Positions 27,121 to 38,932 of a DNA stretch of 64,000 nucleotides are shown piece by piece. Source of the stretch: Lama guanicoe (taxonomy: Eukaryota); the NCBI GenBank assembly GCA_013239625.1, contig MU053196.1:124001-188000 (forward strand). Direction: 5' to 3'. Within the stretch, counting starts at the first letter, position 1; each line of letters begins with the position of its first letter. A program made the position numbers and the translations under genes. The notes under the pieces were generated by a model that had not been told where the DNA came from, searched no databases, and worked only from the letters and a program-made list of their open reading frames with translations.

Positions 27121-27379
27121 TTCAGTTGTTAATCAGTTGTTTTCTGCTTCTATGAGTTATGAAAAATATGTAGGGTTTATAACCACTTTGGTTTCTTAGA
27201 AACCTTGGACAGAACAATGATAAAGCAGCAGCCCTGTAACATGTCACTCTTCATGCTAAGGAGTTGTTTTTTTTTTGTTTTTTTTTTTTGCCGGAGCCCA
27301 ACTCAGCTGAATTTTATGTAAAAACGAGAAACCAGAGCACTCAGCTGGTTCGTCACAGGAAGGGTTGCTAGGGTTTGGT

Positions 27380-27534
27380 TTCGGGGAGCCGGCCTGTGAC
27401 AAAGCGCACTGACGGCAGCGCGGGGCCGGGGACGTCACGGTGACGCCAGCGCCCCCTCGCCCTGCGCGCGCCGCTGGCCTGGAACACTCGGCGCCGGCGC
27501 GCGGTCCGGCGGCGCGGTGCGCGCGGGGCCCGTC
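27380..27534 (+). promoter_or_regulatory. CREM: ICER (P2) intronic promoter with clustered cAMP-autoregulatory CRE-like elements
   Basis: TGACAAAG 27397-27404, TGACGGCA 27410-27417, GGACGTCA 27430-27437 and TGACGCCA 27441-27448, about 90-140 nt upstream of the ICER ATG. Confidence 0.88.
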
Positions 27535-27559
27535 ATGGCCGTGACTGGGGACGACACAG
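27535..27559 (+). CDS. CREM: ICER-specific leader exon, coding part (MAVTGDDT)
   Basis: GTCATGG Kozak context, ATGGCCGTGACTGGGGACGACACAG|GTGAGA. Phase 1, in frame with gamma and H; gives 120/108 aa with exon Ia. Confidence 0.95.
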
Positions 27560-27730
27560 GTGAGAGTTCCAGCGGGGAGTCAGATGCCGCGGATTTGGGT
27601 TGAAGTTTAGAAGAACGATGTAGGGACCGCTGGTGTTCGGGAAAGTGCTAACTTCTAGCAGCCGAGGAGGGAGAAGTTTCTTTACTCTGGAAGCGTGAGT
27701 GCCCGGCGCGGTTAGGGGGCCGGCGCGTAC

Positions 27731-27758
27731 TGCCCGGTGCCCGGTGCCCGGTGCCCGG
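27731..27758 (+). repeat. (TGCCCGG)4 tandem repeat
   Basis: Four perfect 7-mers read directly. Confidence 0.9.
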
Positions 27759-28006
27759 TACGTGCTGCGCCGCTGACGGCGCGGACCGTCCCCGGCCCCC
27801 TCCGCGCGTCTCGCCGCTGAAATCAGCTGTTGCTTCACCTGCAACCTGTTGCGGACCCAGCGCAGCTGCGCGGTAACGCACATTCTGCTCGACTCGTGAA
27901 AAAGGCAGCTTCCGATTCCCTTGCGGTGTCGGATCAGAGCTGCAGAACCGGCTTGACACCGGCGTCGGGGGGTTTGTGCGGCGGCCGCCCTGTCCCGGTC
28001 CAGAGG

Positions 28007-28200
28007 TGGCGTCACGGCCTTTCCTGGAACCAGCGCGGCGGGGGCGGGAAGTCAGCCGCGGGCAGCCGGGCGGACACTGACGTCAGCCGGTCACGCAGGG
28101 CCTGAGTCACCCTGCCCTCCCGGCCGCCCGGCCGCCCGCGCAGGTGGGGCCCCGGTGCGCCCCGACCGCCGCTCGGCCTCGCCCGGACCTGGGGCCGCAG
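28007..28200 (+). promoter_or_regulatory. CREM: Second intronic CRE promoter and non-coding leader exon (smICER-like)
   Basis: TGGCGTCA 28007-28014, TTCCTGGAA 28021-28029, perfect TGACGTCA 28078-28085, TGAGTCA 28103-28109 and consensus donor CAG|GTAAGT at 28200/28201. Confidence 0.65.
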
Positions 28201-31200
28201 GTAAGTGTGCGGCCCGAGCAGGTGCCGGGAAGCAGCTCCTGCTAGCGCCGGTCGGGGAGGTGCCGTCCTGCCCGCCCCCACCTACCCCCATCCCACCCCG
28301 CAGCCCGCCCCTGCCTTCAGCTCTTTCCAGGGGCCGTGCTTCCAGTTACAGGTAGTGCCTGTGACTGGGTTACTTGCAGTGGCCAGCCCACTACTGAGCC
28401 GAGGTTGAATTCCCTCCCGAACCGCTTCTCTGCTCCTTAGCTGTTGCCTGAGGTCTCCCTTCTTGGATGGGAACATTCCATTGTCTTGAGCAAGAAAAGC
28501 CCTTGTTAGGTCGTTTTTACCAAAGAAGTCTTTGAGGTGCTATAGATTGCAGAAGCCCCCAAATGACCGATTTATTGTAAGATATAGGTGGGCTTTAAAT
28601 AATCTCAAATATTGCATGTCACATGATTCTCAGGACCAAAAGGCGTTTTTGTGCCTATTTCTTTTCTAAAAATTATTAGTTGTTTCTTATATCCTTATTT
28701 AATAAACCTTCAGTTCCAATTCTCATGTCCAAACATGAGAGAATTGTAACAAAAAATAAAATTAAATGATTTGAAAAGGCACAGAATATTTTTAAATATT
28801 AAATTTTTAAGTAAAAATTTACGTAAAATTTTAAACTGTTGCTCGTAAATAAGTGAACATTTTTACACATTTAATTTTACAGCATGGACGTGCCGCCCTT
28901 GGAAAGATTTTTTCCAATTTCACCTGTAATGGCTATCCATTACAATTTAAATTTTCAAAATGCTGAAATTTTTAGATGTCAGACTTTTTTCACAAGACCT
29001 CATTGTGCCTCTGGAAATCATTATTTTTGGAAATCTGCTGAGTTCTCACAGAATCAATTTTATTTAAAGTGCTATTTGAAAATGAAAAGCAAATTTTATT
29101 TCCTCTTTTGGGGAGCCCAAAGAGCAAAGGATATGCAGGGGCTTTTGTGAAGGTGTGGGAGGGCAGCTTTGGGACTACCTTTGGCGCCTCATTTCCAGGT
29201 ACCCTCCCCCACCGTCCCCATCCCCTGTGTGGACTGGTGAACCGAGACTGAGCTGTGAGCTACATGTCTGGCTTGTAGACTTTGACCATGACCCACATTT
29301 TATCATGATGCAGTAGACCTCTGTGTGTATGTGTGTTTACATAAAACAAGCATGTTTATATAAACCACGTTTCAAAAAGAGTGCTTATCCTTGACTGTAT
29401 GTGAGGTACTCCTACTTTTCTGTTCTGTCCTTTTTTAAATGCTATTCTTGACCCATGAGATTGATTTGATCAACTATTCATGATCTACAACTTAGACTTT
29501 GAAAAACTGATCTAGACCAAAGTCAGTCTCCAAATAATGACTGGCCTGGAAAAGGCTTTCGGGGCATTTGCTTATATGACCATGGACTGGAATGTGGAAT
29601 GAAGATGTATAGTTTCTATTATTACAGAACTGATTGTGCTGGGTGTAGTTTAAGTGTTTACTAGACATCGGTTTTGGGCCTTATTCATAAACTGATTGTG
29701 TTTAGCAGCCTAATTGTAGTCTCCAAGCCTAAAAAACTTTTAATACAGTATATTGTGCCTGGATTTCTGAATTGCTGAAAAACAAATGTTACAACTTATT
29801 CAAAGCTGGAAAACAGTATCTGGGTTGATACTCGATGTGTAAGAATAATGATAATCCACCTTCGTGGAAGAAGGCTGCTGGAAAGGTTTTTGTTTGGAAA
29901 TTTCATACAGAAGAATGGTTTGGGTCGGGTTGTGACAGCTTCTTGAAGTTCGCAGCAAAGCTGGTTATGATCATGTTGGAGATGAAAATGACAAGTCACT
30001 CGTCTACCTTAAGTTTCCATAAAACTCCAAACCTGTGTGGAGGGTACACGGACACTGCCTTTATGCTATTTCCTCACTAATTTTGAAAACAATTTAATGA
30101 AATGTAATTGGGATAATTGTTTTACTTTGCCTGGTTTTATCTGCATATATGACTATATTGCCTAAAAAAACATGATACTTTGCATTTATGCAAACTTTAA
30201 AAAATCACTTCTTGTTGCAAAGAAACATAAGTACAAATGTGGTGAATGCTGTCAGAGAATCTGTCAGGTGGATCCGGGTGAAAGCATCGGGACAGGCCAC
30301 CTTTGGAAACCATGTTTCCCCGAGAGGAGCAGCGCCCTCAGGTCCGTGAGAGGCAGAGCTCTCACTGGCGTGCTCAGCACAGACTAGGGCGCACTCAGCG
30401 GAGTGCGGTCAGCGTGGGGAGGGACTTCTAGCTCCCAAAGTGAGCAAATGGTGAACCTGTTTGGATTTTCAGACTCCTCGTCTGGTTCTGTTCACACCAC
30501 ATTACAGTGCTGCTCAGAACTCACCTGACCTGGGTAAATTCACGCTGCTGTTAGATGAGTTAGAGGATGTGCTGCATGCCGCTTATAAAGACACAAAGTG
30601 AAGTTAGCACCATGTTAAGGAGTCAAAATGCAAATCTGTGGAATGTTTATTACTACTCTCATAGGACAGTAGAGCATGTACTTGGTCTTATATAGAACTT
30701 TAAATTTCAATATTCTTAATTTATCACCTTTTACATAGACTTTTTTTTAACTTTAAGATTTTCACTTAATTGAACACTCAGGAAGGTCCCTTATGTGTAA
30801 CTTAAAATAAAAAAATATGCGCTGGCTAGATTCCTTGTGGTCTGTGTGTTACAGTCTTTGTAACAAACTTGAAAATATTCAGTGGTTAAATAGTGAGATT
30901 TGTGTAGGATTTAATCTTCCTGGAAAGAGTGGAGCACGGGAGGGCAGGTCTCTGCACGTGTGAGGCCCCAGGCGAGGACTGGCCTGATTTGGGCGTGAGC
31001 AGCACTGGTGTGGGAGGGACAACAGAGAACAGTGAAGGTGCCAGTCGTCTGCTGGAGGGAATGAAGCCCCGGCGTCCAGGTACCACCTCCAGGTCCCCTC
31101 CGTCACTCCTGACCTTAGTGCCTTTGGGGTCAGCGACAAGTAGCGAAATGATACATGTGAAGGCAGAAGCTGCACGATGAAAGTGCGTCTGTTCTGCTGC

Positions 31201-31729
31201 CGTGCTCAGTGCCACGGCAAGCTCAGGACAGACAGGCCCCTCCTGTCACCACCGGGGGTCTGATCATCGGTCACTGTGGAAGCTACCAAGATAGGTACGC
31301 ATCTGGCTGGGTGTTTCCTTCCTTTCTTCCTTCCTTCTTTTCTTCCTTTCCTCGAAACAAACACCTCTGACTAGTGAGGTTTTCACTTTTCTTGTTACCA
31401 GTCTGATGAGATTGTATCATTTGGTGATTTGAGAGCCTCCACCTCCATGGTCTCTTTTAAATTACATACACTGGAAAGGATATTTTGTAGTATCTTTTTG
31501 TAATTTATTTTCTAGGGATATAATAAACTCGAGTAGAAATTTTGCAAGTTTTTAAAGAGGTGTATTAAGTTAAATAAGAAAGAAGAGCCACACATTTTGA
31601 TCATTCTGTTAGAAGGGAAACTCCAGGGGAAAATATATTTATGGTTGCTGTCTGCCTTTTAACTAATATACCGTGTAAGCATGATGTGGAACATTGTCTT
31701 TCAGAACTTAAGGAAGGGAAGAGGAGGGG

Positions 31730-31940
31730 AACTAACATTTGCTGGATGCCTACCATGTGCCAGGCACTGTGCTAGACACTTTGACATACTTTGCAGGGTC
31801 TGTTGTGAGTATTACATGAGATCATGTGTCCCCATTTTACAGATGAGGAAACTGAACTTGCCCCAAGTCACATGGCTGGTAAGTGGCAGAGCTGGACTAG
31901 AACCCAGACTCCAAATCTCATGCTTTTTCTGCTGTACCGT
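31730..31940 (-). mobile_element. MIR SINE (antisense) containing exon gamma
   Basis: MIR hallmarks: ctaacattt...tgtgccaggcactgtgcta, ccccattttacagatgaggaaactga, acttgccc-aagtcaca...gtaagtggcagagc...gaaccca. Confidence 0.9.
31843..31878 (+). CDS. CREM: CREM exon gamma (36-nt cassette, DEETELAPSHMA)
   Basis: TTTTACAG acceptor and CTG|GTAAGT donor, phase 1-1. The peptide matches the known gamma insert. Confidence 0.95.
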
Positions 31941-32156
31941 GTTTAAAGCTCGCAAACAGAGGTATGAAGTTCCTGACCAGAACTGAGCATTCTAGGAGTT
32001 TTGTTCCCCATGAAATGTTGATACTAAACCTAAAGCTTTTTTTTGTATGTCAGGAGTTAGATGGTAGGAAACACACTGTAATTAGAACTCTTCTGCTTCT
32101 AAAATGCCAGGTTAGATGACTGGTATCTAAGGGAAGACTTAAATAATGCCTTTGGT

Positions 32157-32300
32157 GGGGAGGGCGTGGGTCAGCGGTAGAGCGCAGGCTTAGCATACCC
32201 ATGGTCCTGGGTTCAATCCCCAGAACCCCCTCTAAAAATAAATACATAAGTAAACCTAATTACCAACCCCCCACAATATTAAAAAAATTTAAGAAAAAAG
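32157..32300 (+). mobile_element. tRNA-derived SINE (Vic-1-like)
   Basis: ggggagggcgtgggtcagcggtagagcgc...ggtcctgggttcaatcccc...aaacctaattacc + A-rich tail. Confidence 0.88.
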
Positions 32301-33702
32301 AAGTAAGAAAGGCCAGTTTGAATAAATACATGGCAGCTTCCAGAGCTTTCCATGTCTTAGTGTTAAAGACTTAGCTGTAATAATAAGAGCTAATTATAGT
32401 CCATAATAATAATAATACCACTCAGTTTAAACATTCTGAATGACAGTGGGCTTTTGCAAAACCTTGGGCAGTTCTGGATTTACTTTGTGGGGCACAAGTA
32501 GTCTTGCCAAGCACCCGTCATGTGCCAAGGGCTGCACTGGGTCCTGGGGTACCAGGCAGGGAAAATGCCCCTGATGTGTGTTTAAAGTTGGCTGCCTTAG
32601 AGTAAAATGAGTACATACATCTCTCTTTCTTTTCTTTCTTCAATCATGAGTTTAAAGCCCCCAATGATGATCCATTTATTTTTGGAAACAATTTACACAA
32701 TGAAATTCTAAAATAAGTAATTTGGACACTTTTAGCACTTGGAACAGGAACTGGCCTTCGTAGGGGGACAGGGAGCAGACTCTGTCATCAGAGAATGTAG
32801 TGTGGTGCCCAGGACTGTGAGCCTCCACCCCTGAGTCCATGACATTGGAAACTGAAGCAAAGATAAAAACTACCTTGTGACATGTTTCAAAAACAAAACT
32901 TTGACATTTGGATTTCCTCAAAACAGGAGATTCTCTTTGCTCATATCTTACTAACACGCACTAACACGACCACACTGAGTACGTGGGGTCTGCCATAGAT
33001 GCTCATTCAGGGACCGTCAAAAGTGTGCCATCTTACAGGTTCTTTGGGATGTTACTGAAATTATACTAATGTATACTAATTCCCATTTCTGGTTTGAACT
33101 TATGAGCTGCAATCTGATTTTTGTTGAAGGAGATAAAATGATTATGTACTATGTCTGGAAAATTATAATTAAAACCCAATTTGTTAGCTAATATCCTGGA
33201 ACTGATAAATTCAGACGTATCATTTTCTTCCAAGTTCTCATTTTAAAGCGATGTTTTTTCCCCCGAGCTGCTGCTCAGAATGTTTTAAGAATTCTCCTTT
33301 TGAAACTGCAGAAATCCTTCAGAGTTTGGTCTTTGGAGAGTTTTTCAGCTTTTGGAAATGGGCGAAAGTTTAGAATCATTTCTGGTTTTAAGACCAGGGA
33401 ATGAACTTCATTTGCCTTTCGGAGCATTTCATTGTCCCTCTGTGAGCAGAGTTTGGCGTCCATGCTGCCTGCAGACGTCAGCACGGTGACACACGGGTGA
33501 CACACGGGGACTTCTCATTCGTCACTGCCATCGTTCCAGTTTTAGAAAGCTTCGTTTCTCCAGCTGTTCATTGTTTAACCCTCATTGTCCCCTAACTGCC
33601 TTCTCTGGATGTGAGGAAAGAGAAGAGGACAGAACTCTATTGTTCTGAGCATTGTTCTGTCTCCTCTGACAGGAAGATTAAAATATTTTAACAAATCTTT
33701 AA

Positions 33703-33786
33703 GGGGGTGTTAGTATCTCAGTGGTAGAGCATGTGCTCAGCATGCACAAGGTCCTGGGTTCAATCCCCAGCCCATCCATTAAAAAA
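33703..33786 (+). mobile_element. tRNA-derived SINE (Vic-1-like, short)
   Basis: ctcagtggtagagcatgtgctcagcatgcacaaggtcctgggttcaatcccc. Confidence 0.85.
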
Positions 33787-34963
33787 CTTTAGTAAGTTAA
33801 CAATTGATAACTGATTTTTAAAAAGATTTTAAGTATTTCCAAATATTTCTAAATTTTCTATGACATATAATGAGACATCTGTGTATATAGCATTTTAAAT
33901 AGTCACAAAAACAAATTTTGGATTTTTTCCAAATTTATTCATAGAGTTTTTGCTGGTGATCATTGCATCCATCAGTTACTATTTATCACCATTGTTTATT
34001 AAATTAGATGTAGAAGGAAGAATCTTATAAATGATATTTTAAAAAAATCATATGAAGAAGACCTGTAGTGATATTCACCCAAAGCCCTATTTTTATTCTT
34101 TTACCTGATCCTTGAGCCCTAGAGGGAAAAAACCTGGCATTTACCCCAAAGAAGCACATAGATCAATTTTTGACTAACCATTTAAACTGCTTGGTTGTTT
34201 TCAGTGATAATAAATAATTCCATTTAAGTGAAAAAGTCTTTGTCTCCTTTTTGGGTAAAATTTCAGTTCTTACTCAGTGGGTATAATACATTTTAATGAA
34301 ATATGGCAGTGATATATTTCATGTTTCAGTTGGCATTAGGTTCAGACCAATTTTTATAGGATTTGATCATTTTAAAAAATCTTTTTCTTGCATTTAGCTT
34401 TGAGAGAGCATGCATTTTGTAATATCAAGAGTGTCTAATCTGGACCATATATCCTCCAAGCTGAAACACTGGTGGTGGCAACATATTTAACTGCTAAATC
34501 CATCTGTCCTTTCTAGGAAGCTATGTTTATGGCAATAGATAGACAGATTTTCAAATTAAATTAGGACACTTTGAGGACTTAAATTTAGTATTCAATCTGA
34601 ATACTAAATAAATATAAAATCTGTAATTTAACTATTACTATACTATAATTAGAAAGTGTGTTGTAAAAAATGAATACTTAGAAATATATTATTATCCCAA
34701 CAAACCTAAGAAAGACAAAAATTATCATTCCCCAGAGAAACCAGTTTTAAGGAGAGCTTTCCAGTTTCTTACTTTGTTTTCGTTTTTAAGCTGAAAATAC
34801 AGTAAGCTAGTATCTTCCTTCCAGTACATTAGTCATCTTCTGTTAATAAAACTTGCACTTAAAGAGACTCAGTGCTGTGCTTCAGGCATGATGTGGGGTT
34901 TAGGAAAATCTCTTACCTGGGACACTCAGGAGATGGAGATGTTCTGCTTCATTAAAATTTCTG

Positions 34964-35354
34964 CAGTGACGTGCTAGGGCCAGTTCCCACTGGTTTGCTG
35001 GAGCCAATGAGTAAATTTTCAGGGTTTTTATGAACCTGTTGCAAAAACAGCCATTATTAAAAATTAAATATATATGAATACTTATATATTAACAAATAAA
35101 TTGCATTAAAAACATTAATACTCAAAACTCCCTATTTCTGATAATTTTCTCTCTGCCCTTGAGGTTGCTTACACCCACTGTATCTGCACAGTGTGCTACT
35201 TCCGTGTATGTCCCTCCAGCTCTCCACTCGGTGAAGTCACGCTGGTAGCTTGGCCATGGTTGGCCTGTTAAAGTCATGGGACTCGATAAACACTACAGAT
35301 CAGGGCTTCCTCCCTGTGAGAGCTGGTGGTTATGCACTTGGCAGCACACCACTG
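34964..35354 (+). mobile_element. Arthur1-like hAT-Tip100 non-autonomous DNA transposon
   Basis: Terminal inverted repeats CAGTGACGTGCT / AGCACACCACTG and internal acagccattattaaaaattaaat, matching the recalled consensus. Confidence 0.7.
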
Positions 35355-35628
35355 GTTTTCAGGCTAAATGAATTATCAGTTGAAAAGCCTTTGATGAAAA
35401 CCTTTCTAAAATGCATTAGGGCATTTTCCTGTTACATGCATGGGGCAGGCGAGGTGTCACTGTCCCGAGTGCGGCAGGAGATCTCTGACACCTAAGGTTT
35501 CCATGACGTTCAGAACTGTTGTCTTAAACATCAGCCAGACACTCTTACGAGTGAAAAGACATGAGTTTTATATAAGCTACCAAGTCAAACATGGTTTATA
35601 TAACTTGTGACATTTCGTTTTGTTGCAG

Positions 35629-35785
35629 CCGCCACCGGTGACATGCCTACTTACCAGATCCGGGCCCCAGCTACGGCTCTGCCTCAGGGCGTGGTGATGG
35701 CTGCGTCTCCGGGAAGCCTGCACAGCCCCCAGCAGCTCGCAGAGGAGGCCACGCGCAAACGAGAGCTGAGGCTGATGAAAAACAG
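35629..35785 (+). CDS. CREM: CREM exon H (common exon, start of basic region)
   Basis: TTGCAG acceptor and CAG|GTGAGA donor, 157 nt. Encodes AATGDMPTYQIRAPATALPQGVVMAASPGSLHSPQQLAEEATRKRELRLMKNR. Confidence 0.97.
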
Positions 35786-36539
35786 GTGAGACGCTCCATA
35801 GGCAGCAGGCAGCATGTGGGTGGCTGGGGGGCTTCTTAAAGATCACTTTTCTGGAACCGTTGCGCCCAGGTTGTGTGTTGTGTGGCATTTCATGTGGGCT
35901 TGTGCTCTGCATGTGCTGATGTTCTTCTGGTCAGAGTCCCCGCCAGGAAACCATCTCGGCTGCAGGAGGTGCACTGCTGTGTGTTTTCTGGTAGTGTCTA
36001 ACAGATACATTAACTTTTGTTAATAATAATGGAAAGACACATAAAGATTCATTTTTACTTGGTATTTACTTTGTGAAGTGGGTGATAATCTTTTAGCTGC
36101 TTTATAAGCAAAATAAGTTTGAGTGTGAGTGCAGAGTTTTCCGTCTCTTACACGTGGCTTCCTTTTATTTATTCTGTAACTTTGCTTTTTCTCTATTATG
36201 CTGAAACACATTTATTTTGGGAAATTCTGGCTGAGCACAAGTACACAGCAAGAGAGAGAATTAAACTCATGGCCAGCCCGCCACATGGAGACGCCTCCTG
36301 GTACCAGCATGTGCCCTCCCTGCCTCACATGTCCCTGCACATTTCATTGGCTGGAATGAGCTAAGAGACTCCCTGGCCACGAGGGACCCCGGGTTTCAGT
36401 TTCAGAGCCAGCCGAGAGGACGAGTGAGCAGCAGATGCTAAGTGTCACTGGGTCGCTCAGGGTCTGCTGAGCGAGTGCGCAGCGCTTGTCTCTGCCGTTC
36501 CTTTACCTCGCAGTGACTCTCGCAGGAGCACAGGTCTGC

Positions 36540-36630
36540 TCTTCTTACTTGACAGGTGAGGAACTGAGGTTCAGAGAGGGTCAGTAGCGAGCTGGTTAAG
36601 GTCACACAGCGTGAGCTGCAGTCGGGCCGT
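36540..36630 (-). mobile_element. MIR core fragment
   Basis: tttgacaggtgaggaactgaggttcagagaggg...aaggtcacacagc. Confidence 0.7.
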
Positions 36631-38556
36631 CTTCACCCAGGGCCCGTCCCCTGCACCAGCGCAGTCACCTCCAGGAGGCTCCAGCTTCGTGGAGAGTGCA
36701 GGCCTCCCTTGTCAACATGACGGGCCTCCTGTCCACTCTCTCTGAGGAGAGAGTGAACGCATTGGCGGCAGTCATAATGGAGATTTCGTGACATTTCTAC
36801 CAACCCAGCGACAGCTTTTATTTCAACAGCCATTTTTAAAAATGCATTCCACTTTGCCATGTGTTCCCCTCCATGTGAGGATGTGTCCAGACGAACACAA
36901 GGCCTGAAAATGGAGCTATTAATAGAAGAAACAGGTGTTTTCCATAGCTGAGACCTCCTTAGGAATGTACCACCTCCTGGTGTGACCGTCCAAAGCTTTG
37001 TGCTTGGAACATTCTGATTCTGGTAACATGCGTGCAGCGTGAGACACGGAACGTGGACGTGCACAGTAAATGGTGCACCTGGTGCCCGCAGCGCTGCGGT
37101 TAGATACTTAAACTTTCATTTAACAGTAACTTGTTCTGTAAAATGACTGTTTTCCTTCCAGATCTAGGATTTAATATAATGATTTAGTCATGAGAACCTT
37201 GGTATTCAGAACTATATTTTAGTTTCCTTGTGGAGGAGTTGAATTATGTTTCCAAACTGGCAAATGTATAAGTGTGCTTGGATTTATGGTGGACTTTGCC
37301 CTGTGAGTCACTGAGATGAGATGAATCTGATTTATCAGACTCAGGTCACTTTCACACTGTTAATTTTTCTGTTCACCAGTTGCGTAGCCGGAGAGCCCTG
37401 GGGGGGTCCCGGGGTGACAGCACTGTTCTTGGCTGGCAAGTTAGGCTTGATCTTTTCCTGTAGTTCACGGGGATTTCAAGGTCTCCCCTCTGCTGACAGA
37501 GGGGACTTCCCACAGAGAAAACAGATAACCAGCCGTGAGCGTCAGCATCCTAAAAATAAAACAAAGCTGTCCCAGTGTGCTACACGTGTCGCTCCGGGTT
37601 CGGAGTGGCCGCACTGCCAGCTGGCATTGTAGGACCCGGCACTGAGCCGAGAGCACAGGCTTTGTTTGTGTGTCTCAATTATCTGCTTCAATGTGACAGG
37701 CACCCCAAAGGCAGTTAATCTCAAATGAATACTCCAAAGCTGTTTTCAGGGGGTACATTCTACAGAGGAGTCAGCAATGTAGTTGCCACCCCCTGCCCCC
37801 AGGAGGAGAGAGCGAATGCTGGCTGCACCCGCCGTCTGTAGCGGGATGTGCGCGGCAGCGACGAGCTCTGTCCAGCTGTTTGTGTTGCTTTTGCTGCTGG
37901 TCGGTCTGTCCCCGGGCGTCTGCGGGGCTTGGTCCTTTCCAGCGTTTGGGCCGCCGTGTCCTCACGTCTGAGCTGCTGAGCGCGCGCTCTGTGCTCCCCC
38001 CACCAGCCCCCGGCTTCGGAGGCAGAGCCCTGCGTCCTGGTCTGAACGTGCGCGGTCTGCCTGTCGGCCTCCGAGTGCTGGCGTCCCCCAGCCTACAGCC
38101 TGGCCTGCGGCTTGTTGTGCCGAGGCTGAGCCTTGGGAGAATGGAATCCCCAATCCTGACGTTAAGGTTCCTGAGGTTTAACCCTTTCCCTCGTTTTTGA
38201 TCAAATAACATAACTCACAGTGATATCTCTGGGGCTCCGGGTGGACAGAAGTAGCTGAGAGAATTGAAAAGATCCGTGAACACTTTTGTAGAAATTCCAC
38301 GTGGGAATGAAGCCCTGCTGTTTTGGCCACTGAAGCCCATTGTGGCCACTGTGATCCCGGGACGTGAGCCCAAGGACGCAGGCTTCACGCCGGGCCTAGG
38401 GTGACCCACGGAGAGCTTGGCTGCCCCTGACCCGGGGCCCCACACAGACCTTACCGGGGAGGCCTGCCAGGCGGTTGAGTTTGGGGGGCAGACGCGGAGA
38501 AGCTCTGGATCGTGCTGGGAGGTGCCCTGTAGTCACCTGCCTTGTGTTGGTTCCAG

Positions 38557-38701
38557 GGAGGCTGCCCGGGAGTGTCGCAGGAAGAAGAAGGAATATGTCA
38601 AATGTCTTGAAAACCGTGTGGCGGTGCTTGAAAACCAAAACAAGACTCTGATTGAGGAACTCAAGGCCCTCAAAGATCTTTATTGCCATAAAGCAGAGTA
38701 A
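38557..38701 (+). CDS. CREM: CREM exon Ia (bZIP DNA-binding domain I) to stop
   Basis: TTCCAG acceptor. Encodes EAARECRRKKKEYVKCLENRVAVLENQNKTLIEELKALKDLYCHKAE*. Confidence 0.97.
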
Positions 38702-38932
38702 CTGTCTTTGACTTGGACCTTGTTTGCTCTGAACTACTAGCTGCCATGTGGACTTGGGAGAGGGAAGCTTGTGACCCTCCGGAGCCCAGTGCGGCTTAGT
38801 GTTGGAAGCGGAACGGGGTGTTGGTCCACGTTGTGGAAGGCCACCATGGCCACTTCACCAGGCTTGCTTCCGCCTCGTTGCTGCATGCCAAAAATATTTT
38901 CCCTTTGCCCTTTCGCTTCTGCTTTCTTTCAG

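Larger units (their letters stand above)
27380..28330. other. CpG island over the ICER promoter and first intron
   Basis: Dense CG dinucleotides and very high GC compared with the AT-rich flanks. Confidence 0.85.

Noticed and set aside
33474..33508. GACGTCA plus duplicated GGTGACACACG as another promoter
   Set aside because: It is an imperfect CRE with no convincing downstream leader exon or donor.
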